A DNA stretch of 62,346 nt, counting the filler, from Stramenopiles sp. TOSAG23-3 (Eukaryota): the NCBI GenBank assembly GCA_900128585.1. It is 6 parts of 6 records of this genome, joined end to end, with 100 filler letters (N's around TTAATTAATTAA, not from the genome) between each part and the next. Parts side by side here need not be neighbours in the genome. Positions count along the whole stretch, not along the records: positions 1 to 26,764 come from LT642268.1; 5 more parts are not named here. The stretch is one strand, 5' to 3'. Both the position numbers and the translations under genes were made by a program. Of the stretch, positions 11,356-22,832 are shown piece after piece (the stretch's first letter is position 1; each line of letters opens with the position of its first letter). The notes below the pieces were generated by a model that saw nothing but the letters and a program-made list of their open reading frames with translations, searched no databases and was not told the DNA's origin.

Positions 11356-12385
11356 ACAAAATGCCATTACAAAGGTACCCTATATGTATTGAAGCATAAT
11401 AAAAATTTGTTCGTGTAAATACAAGAATGATGTATCAAACAAATTGACGCAACAGCAAACAAAATTATTTATTATGAAAACACATCTCCAACAAAAAAAA
11501 AAAACACTGGAATAAAAATGTGAGTATTTTAATTATAATATAGTTCAGTATTTAGCTAATAATTGGACACTAATACTTCATATTATATAGTCGTCTAATA
11601 AAAAAGAACAACAAAGAAGAAGAAGATGAGATTCTATTTTTTTAAATATTTAAAAAAATAAATTTATAAAATAATATTTTAACTTTTATACATGAGATAC
11701 GACTTCGCCCACTTTATGTAATCATCGTATGCAAACGAATTCTATAATAATTCTACTTTTATTATTATATACAATATTAAACTCTAATCTCTATAAGAAA
11801 AAAGTGTTGTAATAATGTAAAAGTCGCTTTTTAACTAAAATCTCTGTGTTTTAAATTTTTTTCTGTTTGTTGTTTTCACTTTACTTTTGATTGGTTGGAT
11901 TGTTTTGTTGTTGTTCCTTTCCTTTCTTTTTTTATTTTTATTTTTGAAACAAAATACTTCAATAATTAAGGACATAGTTACCCAATAGTCATTTCTTATT
12001 TATCACCTTGTTGTATGAACTGAACTGTATGAAAGGAAAAGCTGAAAACTTACTAATTCACTTACATACATTAGATAAATTAAATCCTTAATTTATGAAA
12101 CAGCCAAGCGTTATTGAGTGCATTTTAAACATTATTTTTAACAACACATCATCATATATAATAGTACACTTACACACACTCAAGCTCACTCACACACACT
12201 CATTGTATTTTTGTTATACATTTATTTTTAAAGAATGTTTTTTAAATGAGGTAGGATAAAAAAAGAGTCTATTTTGATCAATAACAGAAGTTTAAATAGA
12301 AGAAAGATAGTTTATAAAATTGGGAACGGGTTCCAAGGCAGTATTTACTTCCTTCGACGCAAGCTCCAACCGTTCGTGAAGGATT

Positions 12386-15355
12386 ATGCCTGGCAAAAGG
12401 TTTGTCCTATTTTTGTATGGGGTTCTGTTCTGCCATGCCCTAGTGATAAGCGAAGTGCTGTGCTGGCAAGAGTGGCAATGGGATCACGTTAAATTATACA
12501 ATGAAACTCTGCGCAGGGTTATAGCAAAAGCATTGGAAAACAACGCCACCTTGAACTTCACCATGAGCGAGGCTCTGGGGAATGGTACGTTGGCAACTTC
12601 TCCCGAAGGGCGTCGTGGACACTCTATCAACATGATTGGTGATGATCTAATAGTAATATTTGGAGGTAGAGGGCCAGAAAAATTGGTTCCACATTACCCA
12701 AAGAGTTACGATATTGAAGAAGTTAATGGAACGGTAGTGGTAAAATCGTACCAGGGGCGGACAATTGGTTACACGGATGAAGAGTGTATACAGGTTGCCA
12801 TCATGGAAGGAACGTTGACCAATTCAAGCTCTGAAGAAGATATTGAGAAAGCTTTGGAAAAGTGTGGGCGCAGGATTTTAGTCAGTGAAGGCTTCAACGA
12901 CATTTGGTCTTACAACGTTGGGTGCGCTCGTACGGACGACTATGGGTGCATTTCTGAAGGGTGGACAAACCACTTCCCCAATACCCTTTACGGCGGGTGC
13001 AAGATTATAACGACCGTTATTGGGACGGAAGAAGTTTGCCCCGCTCCAACGGAGCGTTATGGGCACGCAGCAGCCATCTACTTGCCGAAACGAAATGGGA
13101 CGTACCAAGATATTCGATACGCCCGGATGTTTGTGTATGGTGGCTTTTCCCAGTTCTGCAACGACTACTGCAGTGATATGTGGGTGTGGTACTTCAATAC
13201 AACTTCGTGGGAACAGATTCCCGATTTAGAGAAAGATCGGCTTGAGCCTACGAAGGATGGAACACCGACAGGGCACATGAAGGAACCAGGGAGGCGCTGG
13301 AGATTTGGGACAGTGCAAGATGACTTCAAAATGTTTATGTTTGGGGGATACCGTCTGTGGCATGGGTTTCACAAAGAAAATAGTTTAGAAAACCATTGGG
13401 GAGTGTACAACACCCTGTTTAACCCTAAAGGTGGTTATTTAAGTGATTTTTACTACCTTGATCTGGTGCGCGGGACATGGACTAAAATCCCGCGCAAACG
13501 GACGTGTTTTGCAGACCCGGGAGTCACATGGGCGGAAAGAAACGATATTTCATGTGAAGATATATGGCCCCCGCCCCGTGCTGGCGGCCGCTTGGCAATG
13601 CACAAGAACAAAATATGGCTTTTTGGGGGATACCAAACGCACTTTCCGTACCCACACTTGAAAAGTTACGGGTCTGGCAGGGGTACTGCATTTTTGAGTA
13701 CCAACTCAGGGCCTCGGCCGTACCCAACCCATCCTTATTATTTAAATGACTTTTGGGAATACGACTTGGACACTGGGATTTGGAAGGAAATCCATCCGAC
13801 AGGGGACCAGTTCCCTGAGGGTCGACACGATCACGTGTTTGTCCACGCGGGGGCAGTCCTTCTGATGCATGGGGGCTACCGATCCAACTACAAGTTTAGC
13901 TCACTGTGGATATACAACATCTCTGCCAACCGATGGCGTGAAAAACGCGATTTTGTACACCCACTGTACCCCCCAAACTGCACGGACGATGGGGGGCTGG
14001 ATGATCATGGCGAGCCATTTATATGGCCGGAAAATGACGTTGGAGACCCGATACACCTCAGTCATCACGAGACATTGCGTCGGCAGCATGAATATCACCC
14101 GAACCAGACTGGTGGATTTAGAGTGGACAATCCAAACTATGGAACAGATGTTGACGTGTGGAGATTTTCAAAGAATCTTCACCCGCAGGATCCCGACGGG
14201 GGGCATTACCATATCTCAAGGTTCACTAGTGAAGAACAATATGATTTTAACAGATCCCCCACTGTGTTCGGGGTTCCTACCAGGGGGTTTCCAACAGACG
14301 GCGAATTCGGTCGGGCCAGTAAACATGTCATCATCCCTCAGCCCCGGCGTCAAGCCCCGGGGTGGGACGGCTGCCGCGATCGGTTGGATGGATGGTATGA
14401 TGACCGAGGCCCTAAGTACAATTTAATGTGGCTGCAACCACTTCAACGTTCGGAGCACGCTGGAATATGGGTGTACAAGCATAAGCTGATGATAATATTT
14501 GGCGGGTCGGCGTACCAAGAGTACAAACGCAACCCCTTTCGAAAGAGGGTGGATGGGTACAGCGAAGAGAACATTGCCAATACTGGTTATGGATTCCGTG
14601 CTGGAAAAACATTGTACGGGCTGACCATGAACGACATGTGGACATGGCATAGGGACCATTGCCCTCGCAATTGCTCTTACCATGGCGTTTGTCTTTATGG
14701 AAATTGTATCTGTGACAATGGCTACTACGGAATCGATTGCTCAAATATTTCGTGTCCAGGCGATTACTGTTACTACGACGAAAATTTAGATCAGCAGTGC
14801 TCGCACTGTTGTAGTGCGCCGTACAAACATCGTAGCGATGACTTTTACTTGCCAGATTTTCGGAAGCTCCCTTGCGACAATCGCCACCCTGGCGAGTCGA
14901 ACGGCATTTGCGATGGTTTCGGTTCATGCCAATGCCGGCCCCCGTTCATGACCCGTGATTGCTCTGTGAAAGACTGCCCAGGTAAGTCTGATAATGGTAC
15001 GTGTAACGGGCGTGGCTGGTGCAGTTTAGAGTATCCCGTCTCTCGGTGTATGTGCGACGAGCCTTTTTACGGAGCGGAATGTCAAATGACCAGGTGTCTG
15101 AATAATTGCACCCCCCCACAAGGTCTGTGCAATGCAACAACGGGGATTTGCACTTGCGAGCCAACGTACAATCCGTACAATGTCACGACGATGTACTACA
15201 CGATGGGGACTGAAAAATGGCCTCGGTTCAATGCCACCTATGCCGGGGAAGATTGTTCGTACTTAGTTGCGTTTGCTGGCGCCAGAAAACTGCGCGCAAA
15301 TATTGTGCTTGCAATATTTTGCATTGTATGCTTCTTGTCTCACGATATATTTTGA
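12386..15355 (+). CDS. Secreted or surface Kelch-repeat plus EGF-like (tenascin-type) protein
   Basis: Signal peptide; Kelch blades (GRRGHS..IFGG, ERYGHAAA..VYGG, GRHDH..HGG, RSEHA..IFGG); EGF repeats (CPRNCSYHGVC..CICDNGYYGIDCS); hydrophobic C-terminus (possible GPI or membrane anchor). Confidence 0.88.
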   Translation: MPGKRFVLFLYGVLFCHALVISEVLCWQEWQWDHVKLYNETLRRVIAKALENNATLNFTMSEALGNGTLATSPEGRRGHSINMIGDDLIVIFGGRGPEKLVPHYPKSYDIEEVNGTVVVKSYQGRTIGYTDEECIQVAIMEGTLTNSSSEEDIEKALEKCGRRILVSEGFNDIWSYNVGCARTDDYGCISEGWTNHFPNTLYGGCKIITTVIGTEEVCPAPTERYGHAAAIYLPKRNGTYQDIRYARMFVYGGFSQFCNDYCSDMWVWYFNTTSWEQIPDLEKDRLEPTKDGTPTGHMKEPGRRWRFGTVQDDFKMFMFGGYRLWHGFHKENSLENHWGVYNTLFNPKGGYLSDFYYLDLVRGTWTKIPRKRTCFADPGVTWAERNDISCEDIWPPPRAGGRLAMHKNKIWLFGGYQTHFPYPHLKSYGSGRGTAFLSTNSGPRPYPTHPYYLNDFWEYDLDTGIWKEIHPTGDQFPEGRHDHVFVHAGAVLLMHGGYRSNYKFSSLWIYNISANRWREKRDFVHPLYPPNCTDDGGLDDHGEPFIWPENDVGDPIHLSHHETLRRQHEYHPNQTGGFRVDNPNYGTDVDVWRFSKNLHPQDPDGGHYHISRFTSEEQYDFNRSPTVFGVPTRGFPTDGEFGRASKHVIIPQPRRQAPGWDGCRDRLDGWYDDRGPKYNLMWLQPLQRSEHAGIWVYKHKLMIIFGGSAYQEYKRNPFRKRVDGYSEENIANTGYGFRAGKTLYGLTMNDMWTWHRDHCPRNCSYHGVCLYGNCICDNGYYGIDCSNISCPGDYCYYDENLDQQCSHCCSAPYKHRSDDFYLPDFRKLPCDNRHPGESNGICDGFGSCQCRPPFMTRDCSVKDCPGKSDNGTCNGRGWCSLEYPVSRCMCDEPFYGAECQMTRCLNNCTPPQGLCNATTGICTCEPTYNPYNVTTMYYTMGTEKWPRFNATYAGEDCSYLVAFAGARKLRANIVLAIFCIVCFLSHDIF

Positions 15356-15694
15356 TCTGCTCCAGAAGAGCGAGAGGAACACCATCATTAAAAAACAAAT
15401 TATATATTTTTCCATTTTAGTTTGCTTACGTTATTATTTTTGCCAAGAGCTTATTAAAGAAAAAGTTATTAATTTGTTAGACATTGACTCAAACTGTCTT
15501 GTCCGTGTACGATATAACAACAACACTGCACCATGAACAAACGCAAAACACCCAGATCAATTTAGCGTTGAGCCAGGTACAGCTGTGTTCAAAAAAATAA
15601 AATGAGAAACAGAGGGCTCGCACGGGAAGCCCAAAGTTCAAAACAAAAACCACTTTGACCATTAAATTTCTCGGAAGCCTTGATCCGGCTACGC

Positions 15695-16297
15695 TTACAT
15701 GTTTTCTATGTCATAGTCACCAGGTGAGCCGCACGATGGGCTATACAACCTGACATCTCTTCGGTTCGGGATTAACTTCACTTGGTTGTAGGGACTAAAT
15801 GCAATACGTTTCGCACTTTTCCCTCCCGTTTTCTTCGACCGAGGTGTCTTGCAAGGAGTTCTGTTCCTATGAGGGGTCTTCTGTTCTACGGGTTCTTCCA
15901 TGACCACATCTTCGTCGATATCCATCCTTGAAAAAACGCTATCGTCATTAAAAAATTTGTTAGCACTTTCAACTCGCTTAAGGATTGAATCGCCATTTGA
16001 ACGGCAAACCATTGGAGAAACGTATTTGGAATCGACTTTAAAAGTTGTTTTATTCGGGGAGTGAATGTCAACACCGATGTTGTGAAACGCACCGGCGCCA
16101 AATGAGCCCCTGTGGGCATTATGAAAGTCTACTAATCTTCTCACAAGATCATCCCTGCTTCCTGTGCATTTTACTTTGAGCTTATTGCATAACTTTTGTA
16201 GGGACTTGTACTCCCAACTTTGCAAATCAAAACAACCAGGGTTTAACGTAAAATACCCCTGCTCTGCTAAAAAGTCAACACTAGTTTTGGCGGCCAT
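15695..16297 (-). CDS. SAP-domain-like protein with S/T-P sites and an RVxF-like motif
   Basis: LQSWEYKSLQKLCNKLKVKCTGSRDDLVRRL fits the SAP pattern; KTPHRNRTPCKTPRSKK; KRIAFSPY. Confidence 0.7.
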   Translation of the reverse strand: MAAKTSVDFLAEQGYFTLNPGCFDLQSWEYKSLQKLCNKLKVKCTGSRDDLVRRLVDFHNAHRGSFGAGAFHNIGVDIHSPNKTTFKVDSKYVSPMVCRSNGDSILKRVESANKFFNDDSVFSRMDIDEDVVMEEPVEQKTPHRNRTPCKTPRSKKTGGKSAKRIAFSPYNQVKLIPNRRDVRLYSPSCGSPGDYDIENM

Positions 16298-17510
16298 TGC
16301 GTTTTCTGCTGCTTTTCTGTGTTGTTGTCTTCTGTTTGTGAAACTATGATAATTAAATCTACTATGTCTTTTTGTGCGTTTGAAAGATTGGATGAAATAC
16401 TTGATGGACTTCGTAATTGAAAACAGTAAAACGTTTTTTTATAGAAACATTTCTGTTCTACAAACTGTATATGTTATGGAAGAGTCGCCTTTCGCAATAT
16501 ATACTGTACTGTAAGTAGAACCAAAATATTTATTATAATAATTATTATTATGTGGTGGTGTGATGATGATGATGATAATAATAATAAATAATATAAAAAA
16601 AATTAAAAAGAAGAAGAAGCTTCTTCTTCCTTCTTCTTCTTATACCAAGGGTATTCATTAGATATAGTCGTCTATAATAATATCATCTTGGGTACACAAC
16701 GATCAGATCGATAAATAGAAGAGGTGCTTTTGCATTTTACAATTAACATACACAGAGCATTGTTCGTTTATCATTGTTTGCGCATTTTTATTTTTAATTA
16801 AAAAAATATTGGATACGCAGCATTTATTTACATTGAATAGCATATAGAAAGATGAAACGTTTAGAACTCTTTTAATCACGCGGGAAGTGACAAGGACGGC
16901 ATTGTTAGGAAAAAACTAAGTTCTGAGAAGAAGAATACTATAGGAACAGCATCAAATCACAAACGGCCATATTAAATGTACAAACCGTCCTCGTACCTGT
17001 ACCGTACCGTAGTTATTTCTAGTCGTCTAGTAATGTAATAAGAGAACGGAAAGAGGACCGACGACAATTCGGATAAAAAATGATGAAATTAATAAAATGA
17101 ATGAAACAACATTTTTTTGTTAAAAATATAAAGTGTAATTTAATATAAGAAAGAAGAAGAAGAAGAACGAAGAAGACGAAGGAAAAGAACGCCGCCGCCG
17201 CCACCAACAACAAAAAAGTATTTTTTTTTTTTATTATTATTATTATTATTTCTATTAATTTTTTTTAAATATTATTATTAAAATATAAAAAATAGTACCT
17301 GGTATAAAATATAATACAATCATGGTTGATGAATGTGTTGTTAACGTATTAAATTTTACATTTATACATACCTCTATATCATCTACCCAAATGGTTCATA
17401 AAATGTATCTAAACCCATGATACTGGTTTTAACAAGAAATATAATTGCAAACGCACAACGCACACTTCTTGCTTTTTGAAATTTGGGTCTTCTGCACGTT
17501 TGCGGTGAAA

Positions 17511-17942
17511 ATGGGGCTCTCCTCAATTCTGGCAGGGTTTTATGGTGCGCTAGCAGGGGTACTGGGGAAGTATGCGTTCAGTGAAGAAACTGGTCTATCA
17601 CGGTATGCTCTAGATACTTGCAATAGCTCTGGAATATTAAGCCCTTTGTATTGTCAAAATGTAGTCTATGTTTTGCGTGCAATTATGGTTTCTTTAATGA
17701 TGTGGGTCAACGGGCTAATGTTTTCCTGTGCTTTCACAGGACTAAACGAAGACGGTTCGTTGACGTCTACGGTTCTTAGTACGTCAACCAATTTTCTTTT
17801 CACTGCATTTTTAGGGTATTTCTTATTCGGCGAGCATTTGTCGTACATGTGGGGTACCGGCGCGTTATTGGTGGCGCTTGGGGTATATTTTGTGCTTTTG
17901 GGCAAAGCAAAGACACGGAGGTCAAAGAAAAAGAAGGAATAA
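17511..17942 (+). CDS. TMEM42: TMEM42-like small DMT/EamA-superfamily membrane protein
   Basis: AGFYGALAGVLGKYAF ... STVLSTSTNFLFTAFLGYFLFGEHLSYMWGTGALLVALGVYFV. First ATG is at 17511. Confidence 0.8.
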   Translation: MGLSSILAGFYGALAGVLGKYAFSEETGLSRYALDTCNSSGILSPLYCQNVVYVLRAIMVSLMMWVNGLMFSCAFTGLNEDGSLTSTVLSTSTNFLFTAFLGYFLFGEHLSYMWGTGALLVALGVYFVLLGKAKTRRSKKKKE

Positions 17943-18274
17943 AAGAATTTCTACAAAATTTATCAATTAACTTAAAAATCATCAGACGACGACTTCGAAA
18001 ACCAACAAAAAAGCATTAATTACTAGGAAAAATAATTTTAGATTTCGAAGAATTAATAATATGACTGACCTATCTTAAAGCATGAAGTAGTATATATAAT
18101 ATATGAGGATTATGATTGGGTTCAGGGTCGTATGGTAGAATATCGTAGGAATGATAATGATGGCCTCGACCGATTTTGATTAGTCACGAATTGATCCTAC
18201 AATTGAGATAATCTTGAGAGTCTTAAAACATACTATATAATCAGTTTTTTTTTATATAATAATAGATTTTTGGT

Positions 18275-18316
18275 AAATTTAATTACTTAAATAACAGCCA
18301 ATTTTCTTGTTTTTAA
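18275..18316 (+). repeat. 42-bp dispersed repeat, full-length copy
   Basis: AAATTTAATTACTTAAATAACAGCCAATTTTCTTGTTTTTAA; exact reverse complement at 58599-58640. Confidence 0.95.
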
Positions 18317-18488
18317 TGACACTATATTATGTGTTTTTTTTTTAATTAATATTCTATTTTTACAATTATTTTTTTTTTTAAATTATTCTCCCCCTGAATA
18401 ATTTATTTTAATAAAAAACAAATTATATATAGTATGTATGATAATAATTCTCGATAATGATGCACTGTCCAACCGAAGAGGCATTTCA

Positions 18489-20360
18489 TTAAGGTGCACT
18501 AACTGTTTTACTCAGCTCGACATCACCAGTATCGCGATGTCCGGACATTTGTCTACGTGTATCATCTACCGTCATAGAACGTCTTACATTCGAACTGACG
18601 GAACGCCTGGATAATCGCACTGCAGGTGAACTCGTTTCATCCGGCGCAATTAGTGGAATGCTTACACTCAAACGAAACACGCTACGGCGAGCATCAAGTC
18701 CATCCTCCTCACCTGCCCCTGGGCTCTTCACCTTTCCTGACGTAGTGGCCAACAGATATATGCCAGAAAATGAAATGAGGACACCACATGGAAACAACAC
18801 GATCTGCCACGGTGTAAAATTATTAAATTCTTGGTAATAAATGCCACCGCCTACGATTCCAAAGACATTGTAAAACGTGATCATAAGTGGAATGATGACT
18901 AACGAATCAAAGTGTTTCAGCCCAACATTTAAAATATTCATTTGCGTCACTAGGACGAAGACCAACACTGCCAAGTAAATATAAAATTTGAAATCTGCGA
19001 AGCACATGTACTCGATATTTTGCGATGCTCCAAAGATCGATGTTTTGAGCAGCTCGATGACTAATTTGGCAAAAAGAACCGATTGTCCCCCCAATAGACC
19101 CGCCAAAAACCCGCACCCAAACCTCATGAACTTGTAGTCAAAGCTGTTGTTAGAAAGCTCTAATTTCTCGAAAGATTCAGCTTCCTTCTCTGTGAAATCA
19201 CCCAAGGCCTTGGTGTCATCATCGCTACTTCCTTTACCGGCATCGTCGATGGTTCCCCACGAGTTTCTGCTCCCTTGTCTATCGATCCGAAGTTTCACCC
19301 CATCCGTTGATGCACTGTCTTCCGTTACGGAATCCAAGGCATTATTTAATTTTTCGCCTGCATTAGCATCAAGTAAATTCTCGACGCACTCTCGCGTAGT
19401 CGTGTTCGTGCGGCGGATTAGATCGATTCTGTACCACATTGAGGCCAGAATAGTTGCCACCGTAGCCAAGTATACAACTACCTCAGGGCTTCCAAACCGT
19501 GCGGCAAGAAAATCGGGGCTAAACACTGGAGAAACGTGTGGGGCTGCCGCTGATGCCATAACCGTCCCAGAAATAATCACAGCTGTGGCAGCCAGGCCAG
19601 GTTTGTCCAAAGCCTCGCCGAGCATCAAAGGCGCCAAAAAGATATTCCACACCAACACCAGCGAGGCCAAAGGTGCCAGCAACGATGCCGATGCCATCCC
19701 GAACGTAACGACGTCCAATACAGCCGCATCAAACACAATAAAGAAGAGACCCATCAACCACACGGGCTGTTTAAATGGGTTTGCATTATGATTCCCCTCT
19801 TTCTCTAAACGATCGTGCGTCAGCTTTTGCAAATTCATACCCAGGGTCGAACAGAAGCTGCCGGTGGCAGCCACGAGAACCGCCACGATAGATAACGCGC
19901 AAAACTCTTCGGTGCCCGCCACCAAGTTGCCGCGAAATGCGAACTTCTCTTTGGCGATTAATTCTGCACTCTTCTTTTTGCAGTCTACCCCTGCTTTTTG
20001 TGCGAACGGTTCTACGATTGAAAGCTTTTGTCGAGACGATTCGCTAGCAATCACCAGGTAATAGTCGCCCTGGGCAAAACAGAACATGTCAGTGCCCACT
20101 TTGGTAACCTCCTGCGCCTTTAGAGGCAACGAGTACCCTGCTTCTTTCGATATGTTAAAAAACTGGGTAGTCAACGTGCCACCGGAAAAATCCAACGAAT
20201 TTCCATTTACCACGACTTGAAGGCCACCATCCTCCCCTTCGTAGATAGCCCGAAGCGTGCAGGTATCTGTCGCCGCATTTGCTGGCGCCGCGAAACAAAG
20301 CACCGAGAACGCTGCTGCAAGAAAGGCAAGCAAACAGCGGTATGCCCCACTGTTAACCAT
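18489..20360 (-). CDS. NIPA-family magnesium transporter with an N-terminal extracytoplasmic extension
   Basis: GMNLQKLTH, PVWLMGL, FGMASASLLAPLASLVLVWNIFLAPLMLGE, SVLFAKLVIELLK, QMNILNVGLKHFDSLVIIP, GGGIYYQEF. Signal peptide follows the ATG at 20360. Confidence 0.9.
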   Translation of the reverse strand: MVNSGAYRCLLAFLAAAFSVLCFAAPANAATDTCTLRAIYEGEDGGLQVVVNGNSLDFSGGTLTTQFFNISKEAGYSLPLKAQEVTKVGTDMFCFAQGDYYLVIASESSRQKLSIVEPFAQKAGVDCKKKSAELIAKEKFAFRGNLVAGTEEFCALSIVAVLVAATGSFCSTLGMNLQKLTHDRLEKEGNHNANPFKQPVWLMGLFFIVFDAAVLDVVTFGMASASLLAPLASLVLVWNIFLAPLMLGEALDKPGLAATAVIISGTVMASAAAPHVSPVFSPDFLAARFGSPEVVVYLATVATILASMWYRIDLIRRTNTTTRECVENLLDANAGEKLNNALDSVTEDSASTDGVKLRIDRQGSRNSWGTIDDAGKGSSDDDTKALGDFTEKEAESFEKLELSNNSFDYKFMRFGCGFLAGLLGGQSVLFAKLVIELLKTSIFGASQNIEYMCFADFKFYIYLAVLVFVLVTQMNILNVGLKHFDSLVIIPLMITFYNVFGIVGGGIYYQEFNNFTPWQIVLFPCGVLISFSGIYLLATTSGKVKSPGAGEEDGLDARRSVFRLSVSIPLIAPDETSSPAVRLSRRSVSSNVRRSMTVDDTRRQMSGHRDTGDVELSKTVSAP

Positions 20361-20734
20361 TTTTTGTCCACCACCTAGATAAAAACAAGTGAACCTTTTG
20401 TTTGTCACGGGTAAACAACAAGGGCGGTGGTAAAAGTGTGCACGTTTGCAATTTCTATTTTATTCAACCGTTCCATTTCTTCCTTCTTGCTTCAATCTCT
20501 CTAAATATAATACGCGTAAACAATCGAAGAACGAAGGTTTCCCCTACCCTTTCATTCGACGTTTATTAATAATTGCTGCTTCTTGCTACCGCCGGCACGA
20601 ATGACAATGCTGTGCTGTTGTTGTTGTATCATATCCAAAATTTGGCCTTCCTATCTATATCTTCTATGTATCCTAGGATAATAATAGGATGATCATCATC
20701 AATTATAAATATAGTGTAATGTTATAATCAACAA

Positions 20735-21001
20735 AAGCAAGAAGAAAGAAGAAGAAGAAGAGGAAGAAGAAGAAGAAGGGAAAAGAAGAAGAAGGGAAAA
20801 GAAGAAAAAGAAGATATAATAATAAAAGAAGATAAAAGAAGATAAAAGAAGATAAAAGAAGATAAAAGAAGATAGGAGAAGAAGATAAAGATAAAGAAGA
20901 AGAAAGTAAGAAGAAGAAAGTAAGAAGAACGAAAGAAGAAGAACGAAAGAAGAACGAAAGAAGCAGAAGAAGAAACAAGAAGAAACAAGAAGAAACAAGA
21001 A
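20735..21001. repeat. Polypurine (GAA/GATAAAAGAA) low-complexity tract
   Basis: About 270 bp almost entirely A/G, including tandem GATAAAAGAA and AAGAAGAAAC units. Confidence 0.9.
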
Positions 21002-22201
21002 GTCCAAAGCCACAGAATACCAAGGCTGGAGAGGATTATTATTTTAATTATATGTTTTTACATAAACACAACATTATATAATTTCCTATTAATATATTGT
21101 ATACTTTAAATATTTCAAGTACTTTTGGACGCTGGTGAACCAAATCGATCAAGACGACTGACTCCATCCCACACGACGAACAAATACAACTAATTTTTTT
21201 TGTTTCTCTCTTCTCTGTTCAAACTGTGTAATGTTTATTTAGGGATAGGGGTAGGGTTAAATGTGGTATTATTGTACTTTTTAAATTAAACATCATCACA
21301 TCACGTGGATTGCTTTTTTTTATTTAATTATTTTTTAAATAAAAATAAAAAAAATTAAAAAATAATCAATTTTTTTAAATAATTTTTTTAAAATAGAACA
21401 GCAGAGGGATTTGCATTTACTGTACTATATACTGTATACCTGTATAATGAATGTATTAACAACTAATAACAAGGCAAAAAAATCGAAAAAAACGTTCATA
21501 TTTTTTTGAATTACATTTCAATGCTGTACCTATATAAATTATAACGTTTAATTATACTACCAACGGAACAACCACCTTCTCGTTATGCATGGTATTTAAC
21601 AGGACACAGTATAGATATCATCCGTTGTTACGAAACTTTCTCCGGTAATTTCCTCAAACTTACTTCACTTCATTTCCAGAGTTCAAGTTTGATTCAATTT
21701 CGATAAGTAAGTAAGGAATATATATATTTCAATATAATATTTATTTTCTTTTAATAATACAGTAATTCATTATATAGTATGTATTTTAAAATTGTATAAT
21801 AAATAATATTCATAAAATTAAATCAATGTATCCTTAATTTATGAACCAAAAAGAAAACACTTCAATGTACTTTCTTCCCTTTCCTTTCCTTACTTCGTAT
21901 TTAGCTTTTCCTTTGTTCTTTCCTATTTTTCACCGATATTTTTTTGTTTTTTGCGTATCATTTGCAATATTTCCAGTCCTGTGTCACTGTAATTATTACT
22001 AATAGATTCGCTTTTTCTTTTTTTTCTTTTTTTCCTTTTTTTTAGTTTTTTTTACTTTTGTTTCTCATGGTGTGTCCTCCTTTGTTGAAATAGCCATTCC
22101 CCGATGACTTGAAAAAAAGTAAATATTGAATGAAGTAGTTATATGAAAATAGCACTGTAAATATAAATATTTTTAATTTAAAATATTTATTAGAATCGTG
22201 T

Positions 22202-22223
22202 CCCCCCCCCCCCCCCCCCCCCC
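22202..22223. repeat. C22 homopolymer
   Basis: 22 consecutive C in the long divergent intergenic region upstream of the MYB gene. Confidence 0.9.
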
Positions 22224-22832
22224 ACATTTAGTTTTCTCTTTTTTCTTTTTCAATACTATATACCTGTTAATTGTAATTCCTGGGACCCTTCTTTCCTCAC
22301 AAATCTTCCTCAATGTTCCTACACCATCCCCTCAATCTCAAATTTTACTTTCTATGCTATTTCTATATACATACAACCCAAATCTCGGAGGTTACAAAAT
22401 GTACTAGCAGCTGCTTCGACTTTATTCTCTTTTTGTTGTTGTTGGTATGTTTTGTTTAGTTGATGCTATTATTATGTTAATATAATATACTACAACACTT
22501 CGAGTCGTTTTTTTGTTATTATTAAAATAAGAAGAAGAAAGGAGGAAGGAACACAAATTCGAACATTTGCACGCACGGAAACCGAACCACGCACAATCTC
22601 GTAATGCAGTGAGATGTACTGCAGCTTCTATTCTAAAAAGAGAGATAGAGGAGGGTAGAACTAACCTCGGAAAGAACACAAACTTAAACGACTAACGAAC
22701 GAATTGTTTTGAAACAAAAACCAGTTTCGTTTGCGTTATAAAAAACAGATTGCACTTGCACTTTCGTCCTACGAACCTTGTTGCGGTTGCACCTTGAACT
22801 TACAAAACTACGACAAACTATTACTTGGGACC

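Noticed and set aside
17511-20360. Functional cluster of two DMT-superfamily transporters (TMEM42 and NIPA)
   Set aside because: Convergent, very distantly related and without shared regulation; likely chance adjacency.
20699-21023. Phe/Leu/Ser-rich or Lys/Arg-rich ORFs here and at 60552-60851, 10156-10359, 17019-17213
   Set aside because: Translations of microsatellite and low-complexity tracts.
21238-21260. Telomere-like TTTAGGGATAGGGGTAGGGTTA
   Set aside because: Only three degenerate units; too short to call an interstitial telomere.
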